In this document: piece after piece, positions 9,421 to 17,900 of the stretch
Layout: each line of letters starts with the position of its first letter
How positions within the stretch are numbered: the stretch's first letter is position 1
Assembly (NCBI RefSeq): GCF_000008665.1
Contig: NC_000917.1
Span: forward strand, 1,860,001-1,892,000
DNA from: Archaeoglobus fulgidus DSM 4304
GTDB lineage: Archaea; Halobacteriota; Archaeoglobi; Archaeoglobales; Archaeoglobaceae
DNA: 32,000 nt
Reading direction: 5' to 3'
Translations under genes and position numbers: made by a program
Notes under the pieces: model-generated
Databases searched by the model: none
What the model saw: the letters and a program-made list of their open reading frames with translations, nothing else
What the model was told of the DNA's origin: nothing

Positions 9421-10010
9421 TATCTCACCTGTCCACAGTTATTCAGCTCTGCAGGCTCTGTTCCAAGCCTGTAGGCCTTGACTGTCATCGTCTCATCCCA
9501 CACATCTCCCGGACTGTCACCGTTAGCGCTGAGGTCCATTCCAATTCTCTTTTCCGAGTTTGGTCCAAGAGTAAAGCAAACATCATCTCTCGCACTGTCT
9601 GATGCTGTTGCTGCAGCACCGCCATCCACCGCATAAACTCCACCCTCGTGGCTGTAGAATTCCACATGCGTATCGGATGAAGTAACTCTAACAACTATCC
9701 ACATGTCTTCCCACAGATGGTTGCTAACCGCAAAAACCTCGTCGAAGTTATACTCGCTGGCAGGGCTTATTCCATCACCGTATCCCGGATAATTTGGGTT
9801 TTCAGGTGAGAAGTCCACTACAAGCTCTCCGTTGTCAGCGATGTAGGCGTAGGGCTGTATCGGCTTAAGGTCGATAAGCTCTGTATCGTCAGTTGTAATG
9901 TTCCAGTGAACGCTTCTATCTGCGTTGTAGTCACTAAAGGTAGCGCTTACGCCTATGACAAGGCTCAAAGCCACCATTGCTCCCAATATGCCCAAAGGCA
10001 TTTTTCTCAT
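9420..10010 (-). CDS. Secreted DUF1102-family paralogue
   Basis: MRKMPLGILGAMVALSLVIGVSATFSDYNADRSVHWNITTD...PIQPYAYIADNGELVVDFSPENPNYPGYGDGISP; start moved from 10043 to ATG 10010. Confidence 0.82.
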   Translation of the reverse strand: MRKMPLGILGAMVALSLVIGVSATFSDYNADRSVHWNITTDDTELIDLKPIQPYAYIADNGELVVDFSPENPNYPGYGDGISPASEYNFDEVFAVSNHLWEDMWIVVRVTSSDTHVEFYSHEGGVYAVDGGAAATASDSARDDVCFTLGPNSEKRIGMDLSANGDSPGDVWDETMTVKAYRLGTEPAELNNCGQVR

Positions 10011-10121
10011 TTTTTCACCTCTTACTCGGCATTCTGCCGACAAGGAATATTGGTCGAAATGTTATATATAATATTTGAAAATAAAATCAGAAGCCAAAAT
10101 CAGGGTAAAAATTAAGGAGGA

Positions 10122-10298
10122 TTACTCAGTAGGAAGGTTCAGAAACCTCTCTCCTCTCTCTGTAATTACAAGTTTTCCGTCTTTCAGCTCTGCAAGTCCC
10201 AGTTCAAGCAAAACTTTGAGCTCCCTTTCTGACAAATCCTCTTTTGACAGCTTTCCGTCTTTTATCATTTCAAGGAGTTTGTCAATATCTCTTAACAT
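10122..10298 (-). CDS. Small 58-aa helical/winged-helix-like protein (not in ORF track)
   Basis: Manual translation: [58 protein letters not shown]; ends in a wing-like ITERGERFL motif. Confidence 0.6.
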
Positions 10299-10358
10299 AG
10301 TGAAACTACTGCGTGAGAATATTTAAAGAATTCGAAGAATGGCTACTGAGGCAAATCA

Positions 10359-10610
10359 CTACTCAGTCATTTCCTGCAGTTCGCCATATTTTTTCACAAA
10401 ATCTCTCCCCTTATCGGTGGTGCTGTATGTTTTCTTCCCATTTTTTGAATCCAAAACGAGAAAATCGTTTTCAACAAGCTCCTCAAGATAACTCTGAGCC
10501 ATCTTGAAGTTTATGTTCGCACCGTAAACGATCTTGGTCATGTTGGCTCCGCTGTTTGTGATTTTTAAAATAGCAACAAAAATTTCGAAACGTGACCTTT
10601 TATCTCCCAT
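10359..10610 (-). CDS. Archaeal winged-helix transcriptional regulator
   Basis: RFEIFVAILKITNSGANMTKIVYGANINFKMAQSYLEELVENDFLVLDSKNGKKTYSTTDKGRDFVKKY is the compact archaeal wHTH pattern. Confidence 0.85.
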   Translation of the reverse strand: MGDKRSRFEIFVAILKITNSGANMTKIVYGANINFKMAQSYLEELVENDFLVLDSKNGKKTYSTTDKGRDFVKKYGELQEMTE

Positions 10611-10629
10611 AAGATGAATTATCTTTAGC

Positions 10630-10641
10630 TATATTTATAGA
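10630..10641 (-). promoter_or_regulatory. Putative TATA box for the wHTH gene
   Basis: Minus strand TCTATAAATATA located 20-30 nt upstream of ATG 10610. Confidence 0.55.
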
Positions 10642-10731
10642 TTTCCTCTACTCTTATTGTTATTATTACAATATTTCGAAATTCGTGAATAAATAAAAAA
10701 AGCAGATACGCCTCAAAATGCGATGATTAAC

Positions 10732-11796
10732 CTACCCAAGAATCTGAATCAAGACTCCTGCCGCAACGGCAGAACCGATAACTCCAGCTACATTTGGCCC
10801 CATTGCGTGCATCAGGATGTGGTTGTGGGGGTCTTCCTCAATTGCAAGCCTCTGAACAACTCTCGCCGACATCGGGACTGCAGAAACCCCCGCTGCACCG
10901 ATCATGGGGTTGATTTTTTCTTTCAGGAAGAGGTTCATTACCTTCGCAAGCAGCACACCGCCGGCAGTTGCTGCAGCAAAAGCGACAACACCAAGAGCGA
11001 GGACAAGCAAAGTTTTCTGCGTCAGAAAGCTCTCCGCCCTCATTGTGCTTCCCACGGACAGGCCAAGAATTATCGTCATGATGTTCATCAGCTCCTCACT
11101 CGCCCCTTTCGCCAGTCTGTCGGTAACACCGCTCTCCCTGAACAGGTTGCCTGTCATGAGCATTCCGACAAGAGGGAGTGCTTTGGGGGCGAGAAAACCG
11201 GAAATAATTATGGTTGCAATAGGGAAAAGAATCTTCTCTTTTTTAGACACTATTCTTAGCTGCCTCATCTTGATTTTTCTCTCCCTGCTCGACGTTAGAG
11301 CCTTGATGATTGGTGGCTGGATAATCGGAACGAGGGACATGTAGCTGTATGCTGCGACGGCAGTTGCAGCGAGCAGATGAGGAGCGAGAATTGTGGTGGT
11401 GTAAATTGTTGTGGGCCCGTCAGCCCCGCCGATTATGCCGATTGAAGCTGCCTCCTGCGGTGTAAAACCGAGGAAGAGCGCGGCAATGAGAGCGGCAAAA
11501 ATTCCAATTTGAGCTGCAGCACCAAGCAGAAACGTTTTGGGATTGGCAAGCAGCGGAGAGAAGTCAGTTAAGGCTCCAAGACCGAGGAAAATCAGGAGAG
11601 GGACTATTTCGGTGTGGATCAGATACTTTAAAAAGAGATCGAAAATGCTCCCTTCTTCAGCCAGCCCACCGCCGGGAATGTTGACGAGAATGGCTCCTAT
11701 ACCGATGGGGACGAGGAGGAGGGGCTCCATTTTCTTGACTATACCGAGGTAAACCAGCAGTAATCCGACACCAATCATCACGAGGCTTCCGAGCAT
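10732..11796 (-). CDS. oadB: Sodium-pumping oxaloacetate/methylmalonyl-CoA decarboxylase beta subunit
   Basis: [20 protein letters not shown]...[16 protein letters not shown]...[20 protein letters not shown]...[18 protein letters not shown]; conserved OadB/GcdB motifs. Confidence 0.93.
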   Translation of the reverse strand: MLGSLVMIGVGLLLVYLGIVKKMEPLLLVPIGIGAILVNIPGGGLAEEGSIFDLFLKYLIHTEIVPLLIFLGLGALTDFSPLLANPKTFLLGAAAQIGIFAALIAALFLGFTPQEAASIGIIGGADGPTTIYTTTILAPHLLAATAVAAYSYMSLVPIIQPPIIKALTSSRERKIKMRQLRIVSKKEKILFPIATIIISGFLAPKALPLVGMLMTGNLFRESGVTDRLAKGASEELMNIMTIILGLSVGSTMRAESFLTQKTLLVLALGVVAFAAATAGGVLLAKVMNLFLKEKINPMIGAAGVSAVPMSARVVQRLAIEEDPHNHILMHAMGPNVAGVIGSAVAAGVLIQILG

Positions 11797-12233
11797 CAGC
11801 TCACCGGCTGGATTATGGCAACGATATCCCCAGCTTCTATCCTCTGCCCCTCCTTCACGAGAATTTCTGCAACAACCCCCTCAGTAGGACTCACAATCTC
11901 GTTCTCCATCTTCATCGACTCAACAATCACAACCGGCTCTCCCGCCTTTACTTTGTCCCCCGGCTTGACAAGGATTTTCAGAACCACCCCCGGAAGCATG
12001 GAGGTTACAGCGTTCTCCGGTGCGGTAAGCTCCTCTTTTACCTCCGAAAGTAAAGCGGATGGAGCAACTGGTTCAAACGATGGCCTCTCAGCCCTTTCGT
12101 AGATGTCCTCAACGACCACCTCGGCCTCTTTATCTCCTACCCTCACCCTGTAAACTCCTTCTCTCAGCTTCTCCACACCCACTTTGAAGTCGGCTCCGTC
12201 AACCCTAATTCTGTAAAACCTCATTCGACCCAC
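11796..12233 (-). CDS. Biotin carboxyl carrier protein/domain
   Basis: [41 protein letters not shown] contains the biotinylation motif ESMKMEN. Confidence 0.93.
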   Translation of the reverse strand: MGRMRFYRIRVDGADFKVGVEKLREGVYRVRVGDKEAEVVVEDIYERAERPSFEPVAPSALLSEVKEELTAPENAVTSMLPGVVLKILVKPGDKVKAGEPVVIVESMKMENEIVSPTEGVVAEILVKEGQRIEAGDIVAIIQPVS

Positions 12234-12502
12234 CTCATCGCATACAGCCTGGCAACCCTTTTCCAGTTCTGGGGTGCGCTTATCTCAACAACCTGCAACC
12301 CCTCATGCCTTGATAGGGCTGCAACAATTGCAAAAATCTCTTTTTCACTAAATCCGGTAGAATCCGAGCTTATCTCAATTTTCTCTTTATTCGCACTTCC
12401 CGCCACCTTTCCCATAAGCCACATAAAGAGCGCTAAAATGGACAGAACGAGAAATACAACACCCATTCCCTCTACAGTGAGCATTATGGCCAAATCTATC
12501 AT
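12221..12502 (-). CDS. Oxaloacetate decarboxylase gamma-chain-like membrane protein
   Basis: MIDLAIMLTVEGMGVVFLVLSILALFMWLMGKV matches the OadG single-TM pattern; gene context. Confidence 0.78.
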   Translation of the reverse strand: MIDLAIMLTVEGMGVVFLVLSILALFMWLMGKVAGSANKEKIEISSDSTGFSEKEIFAIVAALSRHEGLQVVEISAPQNWKRVARLYAMRWVE

Positions 12503-12543
12503 CCTTCTCCTCCTAAACTTTATGATTAAAAAGCTTTGGTTTT

Positions 12544-13164
12544 TCAAAACCTGTAAGCGTGGATGAAGATGTGGTCCCTGTGGTAGGGCATCAAGCTTCC
12601 GTGCTTAACAATTTTGAAATCCCCCTCCATTTCCTTCAAAACCGACTTAAAGACTTCCTCAGGTTCTGCCGTTGAGTCGATGCTCCTCGCCTTTACCATG
12701 ATGACCACCTCTCCTTTCTCTTTCAGGAAAAACTCCGCATTGGCCTTTAAAATTTCAATCTGGTTCTTCTGGGCTATATCTTGGTAAATCAAATCGACTT
12801 TCTCCACAATCCCGCTGTACTTCCACGGCTTGGATGCGTCAAAGAGAAGAGGGATTATATTATTCCTCTCTCTCACCAGCTCAAGGAGCTTTTCAAAGGG
12901 CTTTGCGGAGTATTCGACAGCGTAAATTATCCCCTCATCCACTATGTCCGCCAGATGACTTACAGTCGTCCCGCTCGCCGCCCCAAGATAGAGGACTCTC
13001 TCGTCCCCTCTTAGCTTGAGCCTGTGCCCCTTTAAAATCATCGCCGCAAGCTTGCTCCTCCACGGAACCCACTCCCTGTATCCGTCAAAGACCTTCTCTC
13101 CATAGTGGCTGCCGTATTTGCTTTTCGTCACCAGCGTGTCATCAAGCAGGTAAACGTTCCTCAT
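12544..13164 (-). CDS. flpA: Fibrillarin-like rRNA/tRNA 2'-O-methyltransferase
   Basis: YREWVPWRSKLAAMILKG...VLYLGAASGTTVSHLADIV...IYAVEYSAKPFEKLLELVRERNNIIPLLFDASKPWKY is the fibrillarin signature. Confidence 0.96.
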   Translation of the reverse strand: MRNVYLLDDTLVTKSKYGSHYGEKVFDGYREWVPWRSKLAAMILKGHRLKLRGDERVLYLGAASGTTVSHLADIVDEGIIYAVEYSAKPFEKLLELVRERNNIIPLLFDASKPWKYSGIVEKVDLIYQDIAQKNQIEILKANAEFFLKEKGEVVIMVKARSIDSTAEPEEVFKSVLKEMEGDFKIVKHGSLMPYHRDHIFIHAYRF

Positions 13165-13172
13165 CAGCTCCT

Positions 13173-13958
13173 TCATTTCCTCCTCAACTCCTCGTAGCGC
13201 CTTCTTATGCTCTCGTAAAGGCTTTCATCAATTTCACCCCTGAAATAGTCGATTTTCGCCGCAATGGCGAGCTTTGCAGCCAGAAACCTTGCCATCTTGC
13301 CCCTCTTGGCCTTGGGCAGAGTTCTTATGAAGGGGTGAAGGAAAATTATGCCGTGCTTCGGAATTTTTGCCTTCTTGCCCTTTTTCATCCTTGCAAAGGC
13401 CTTGTAAAGGCTCTTTTCGGCCCCTATAACTTGAATCTTGCTTGCAGGCAGTCTCACAAGCCTTTCCATGCTCCCAGCCCTTTCGAGGAGCTTTGCTGCG
13501 ACCTTCGCCCCTACTAGTTCAGTCATGTTCGGCGCAATCTTTTCCATTACCTCCTCAATCTCCCTCTCCACGTCTCTCCTAAGCTCCCTCAATTCTCTAA
13601 TTTTCTTCTCAAACTTTTCCGTTATCTCAGACTCCTTGACAGCCCTTATATCCTCAAGCTTCTCGTTCAGCATGTTTATTGACTCGTCGATCTCCTCCAG
13701 AGCCTTTACAAGCGCTACGACGTATCTGTCTTCCCTCCTCAACTCTTTCTCGACCATTTTCTCAGACACGGCCAGGGCAGTTTTTCGCAGAATCCGGTAG
13801 TAGTCCTTCCCCAAGGCTTTCGCTCCAACTTCAGAAACATTGAACGGCAGTGGAGATGGGTTTTCGGCTTTTAAAAACGACTCCTCAAAGTTTTCACTGA
13901 GCTTTATCTCTTTACCATCGTAAACCCCAAACCAGAGATTATACCTCAATTTCGACAC
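13173..13958 (-). CDS. Nop5/Nop56-family C/D box sRNP protein
   Basis: NMTELVGAKVAAKLLERAGSMERLVRLPASKIQVIGAEKSLYKAFARMKKGKKAKIPKHGIIFLHPFI is the Nop domain signature. Confidence 0.95.
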   Translation of the reverse strand: MSKLRYNLWFGVYDGKEIKLSENFEESFLKAENPSPLPFNVSEVGAKALGKDYYRILRKTALAVSEKMVEKELRREDRYVVALVKALEEIDESINMLNEKLEDIRAVKESEITEKFEKKIRELRELRRDVEREIEEVMEKIAPNMTELVGAKVAAKLLERAGSMERLVRLPASKIQVIGAEKSLYKAFARMKKGKKAKIPKHGIIFLHPFIRTLPKAKRGKMARFLAAKLAIAAKIDYFRGEIDESLYESIRRRYEELRRK

Positions 13959-14880
13959 CCCTGTTCCTCGCCTTGGTTACTATGGTTCTGCATTCGTAAC
14001 CTTTTTCGGCGAAGTAATCTCTTAAGCTCCTCTCAATCCCCCCCGCATTTGAGTCGGTAATGGCATAAACCGTCGGGCCGGTGGAGCTCATTCCAATGCA
14101 GTCGGCAAGGTCAAAGCAGCCCTTAATCAGTTCACCGTACTGCTCAACCTCTGCCTTCTTGAATCCTAGCTCCTGGATTCTCTTCAAAGCCTTTCCAAAC
14201 TCGTCGAGGTCAGCTTCGACAACAGCAGGAAGCATTTTCATGAGAATGAGGTGACAAATCTCCCTCACATCCTCAAGAGGGACAGGACAGCTTTTCTGAA
14301 AGAGGTTAACCTCCCTCTCCCCAAAAAATCCCTTCAGGTCGGGTATTGCCAGAACCACATTCCAATCGGGAAAGTCGAGCCTCGCTATCATTGGAGCGGG
14401 CTTTGCCCTGCTGGCTGAAGAGGGCAGGAAGCTCTTCTTTTCTTTGGTGGAATGCCCTCCATCCACAACCAATCCTCCGTGGTCGAAGACAGCAACACCG
14501 ATGCCCGAGGTTCCACCCCTGCCCATTATTTCGGCAATCTGCCTTGTAGTGAGATTTAAACCGTAAAGCTCGCTGAATGCCCTTCCTACAGCAAGGCTTA
14601 TCTGCGTCCCGCTGCCGAGGCCAACATGTGCATCATAATCTGAAACAACCTCTATCTCTGCACCTCTGCCGCAGTATTCGGCCATTTTTGCCGCTGCAAT
14701 CTCGAACCTTTCTCTGTTGATTGGTTCACCTTTCAGGACAAATGTCTCGCTCTCCTTAGCTTTTATTTCGATATGGGGCTCCTCCAGAGCCAGACCAACT
14801 CCGCCATCAACTCTACCAATCGAACCGTTTAAATCAATGAGCGTGATGTGGATTCTTGAGGGTGTCCTTAATCTAAGCAT
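13939..14880 (-). CDS. Beta-ribofuranosylaminobenzene 5'-phosphate synthase (methanopterin biosynthesis, GHMP-fold)
   Basis: RLRTPSRIHITLIDLNGSIGRVDGGVGLAL...YDAHVGLGSGTQISLAVGRAFSELY...GRGGTSGIGVAVFDHGGLVVDGGH matches beta-RFAP synthase. Confidence 0.92.
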   Translation of the reverse strand: MLRLRTPSRIHITLIDLNGSIGRVDGGVGLALEEPHIEIKAKESETFVLKGEPINRERFEIAAAKMAEYCGRGAEIEVVSDYDAHVGLGSGTQISLAVGRAFSELYGLNLTTRQIAEIMGRGGTSGIGVAVFDHGGLVVDGGHSTKEKKSFLPSSASRAKPAPMIARLDFPDWNVVLAIPDLKGFFGEREVNLFQKSCPVPLEDVREICHLILMKMLPAVVEADLDEFGKALKRIQELGFKKAEVEQYGELIKGCFDLADCIGMSSTGPTVYAITDSNAGGIERSLRDYFAEKGYECRTIVTKARNRGVEIEV

Positions 14881-14956
14881 AGCCGGATTTCGATTTCAAG
14901 TTTAAAAACGCTTTTCAAAAGGTTGCCTTATAACTATTATGGTCATTAGCTAAAAG

Positions 14957-14966
14957 CTTTAATATA
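14957..14966 (+). promoter_or_regulatory. Putative TATA element for the giant surface-protein gene
   Basis: CTTTAATATA about 26-35 nt upstream of ATG 14992, with a GGGAG purine stretch just before the ATG. Confidence 0.45.
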
Positions 14967-14991
14967 GCGTAATTACTTTTAAGGGAGTTGG

Positions 14992-17900
14992 ATGAAAGTC
15001 AGCGCTTTGCTCGCACTCACGGTTGTTGTATTTCTCGTTTCCAACTTAGCCGGTAGTGTGGAATTTTCAGGCAATATAGGCAACGAAACAGTCAATAAAA
15101 CAATTTCTGTTGAGAAAGTTTACTTTCCGGGAGATAAAGTAATTCTAAAGGCAAATTTCATGCCCTTAAAGGCAAAGCTGGTTGACCCGGCAGGCAAGGT
15201 TATCGGACTGGAATTCAGAAAAAGCGAAGGGGGCTTTGAGGCGGAGCTTGAGCTGAAGAAGGATGTTGTACTAGGTAAGTATCTTCTTTTTGCGGACAAC
15301 GTTTCAGCAGAATTCTACGTGGACAGCTACTCAATTGAAGCTGCCTACTTCAATGGCAAGGTTGTTGGAAACGTCAGCTACTACTTTGCTGAGCCCGAGT
15401 ACGTTTACTACAAAGCCGGGAAGGAAGAGGGAAAGGCAAAGGTGGCTGAGGACGGGAGCTTTGAGATTTTGCTGAAGAAGGCAGCTAAAGAAGTCGAGCT
15501 GAGATGCGGGAATGCCGTTGAGAGGGTAAAGCTGAAGGCTGAGCTGAGCATCGTGCTTGACAGGGTTGAGGTTGTAAATGAAACGGCCTTTGTTGAGGGC
15601 AGAGTTCTGCTTAATGGTGTCGAAACTGAGGCGAACCTGAGCTACTGGTTTGATGAAGGAGAGGAGAGGGTTCTGGAGGTTAATGGAACCTTTAACCTCA
15701 GCTTCAGCAACGTCAGCGGGATTCTGCATTTGATCGCTGAGAATAACGGGCTGAGGGCAGAGGAGAGCGTTGAAATAGAGGCGATAAAGAAGGTTGTTGA
15801 GGTTGGCGGAGTTTACTTTGCGGGCGATACGGTTGAGGTTGTTACCAACTTCAAGCCTAAGAAGGGGCTGATTGTCGGGCCCGATGGAAAAAAGGAGGAG
15901 CTTGAGTTCGTTGAGGAGGACGGAAAGTATTTGGCGAGATACGAGCTGAAGAAGGACGTCGTTCTGGGTAACTACACCGTTCTGGTTGATGGAATTGTGA
16001 AGCAGTTCGTTGTCGATTTTTGCGAGGTTTCAGCCGAGTTCGGGGATGGGGCGATTTGGGGTGAGGCGAGGAGCTTCTACACCACCCCAAAGGTAAGGTA
16101 TCTTATTGCTGGAGAGAACTTTTCCGAGGAAGGGGTTGCTGGGGGGAATTTCAACATTCCCGTAAACAGGACTGGAGATTTCAGGGCTGTTTTTGAGTGT
16201 GGAAACTCCCGCTATGAGATGAACTTCAGCGTTGCGGAGGCGAGGAACGTTGAGGTGGACGATTTCAGCTTTTTGGGAGAGATTGTTGAGGTGAGAGCAA
16301 CCTTCATGCCCGAAGAGGCCTACATAGTTACTCCCTCTAACGAGACTGTTCGGCTGAACTTCTCGGAGAGGGAGGGGGCGTTCATCGCTGAGATTGGGGC
16401 AGAGGAGATTGGGAGATACAATTTGAGGGTGGATGAGTTCAATCTGAGCTTTGTGGTTGACGATTACTCGATAAATGCGAGCTTTAATGGTTCGGCTGTT
16501 GCTGGTACAATAAAATGGCATTTTGTTAAGCCCGATTACGTTTACTACAAAGCAGGGAAGGAAGAGGGAAAGGCAAAGGTGGCTGATGACGGAAGCTTCG
16601 AGATTTTGCTGAAGAAGGCAGCCAAAGAAGTTGAGCTGAGATGCGGGAATGTTCTTAAGATCGTGAAAGTCACCCCCAAACCGCCAAAGGAAGAGAAAGG
16701 GGAGATTGTTGCCTTTGACCCGGTAAAAAAGGTCATTGTGATTAAAAAGCTGGAGGAGGAACAGGACGGAAAGTTTAAGATAGCTTCAACCGAGGAAAGA
16801 AAGAAAAAAGTCAAACTTGTTGAACTTGAAGTTCCCGCAACTGAGGAAAACATCAAAAAATTCAATTTAACGCCTGATGTTTTGAGCACAGAAATCAAAA
16901 CTAAAAGGGTAAAGAAGGACATGATAAGGCTGGAAGTTAACAACAAGCTGGAAACGTGGTACAGGTTCAGCGTTGAGATTCCTGAAGGTTACAGGGTTAA
17001 GGGGATTATAGGAGATGACGGGAGGAGGATTGTCAACACCGTCCATGTTAACAGGAGCACCGGCGAGTTGGAGGGAGATTTGAGGTGGTATGTTAAGAAC
17101 AATACCCTTTACTTCTACGACGATCCCATTTGGGGGTACGACATCTCCCTCTACCCACCAAGACCGAACAGGTCGATAGCGGTTGAGCTGGCTTACTCTG
17201 GACCTTATTCAGAGGGTGGACAAATTTCGGCCATTATTTTCCCTTACTCCGAAGGAGATGACGATGCAACAATAACCTCCTACGACCACGCTGGAAGAAC
17301 TGAGGATTATGGATATGCTTATGATTTGGATATTGATGCCGGTTCTAAAATCGCTATTAGGTTCTCTTCTGGCGGGAACACGAGAGAGTTTGGAAATTGG
17401 TGGGATCACTTAAATGGAGCTGAGCCGCTCGGTGATGACCTAATTAACCAGATAAGCAGAGAGGACACACCGCTAAACACTGCTCCAAACGGAGTTGTTG
17501 AAAGTGTAATCACCACAAAAATGCAAACCCCCCTCTGGCAGAACTCTCAGGTTAACATCACCCAGAAGGTCATAATCAGAGACAACAGCAGATGGTTTGC
17601 TACAATTTACTACATTGAAAACATTGGAAGTACAACCATAACGAACCTAAGATTCTTTCAGGGAATGGACTGGAACTTTAACGGAGATTTTAGTGATGAT
17701 TATGGATTCTACAATTCAAGTGTAGATACTGTCTATGGTTATGATTCAAATGCTGCACCGGGAGACATTCAGTATGGTGGTTTCTCCTCAAATATTCCGA
17801 GCTCTGCACATGACGTTGGAAATTACTACAGTGACATATGGACAGGAATAGACCAAGACAATCTTCAAAATCGGAATTCCTACTATCGAGACGCAGGAGT

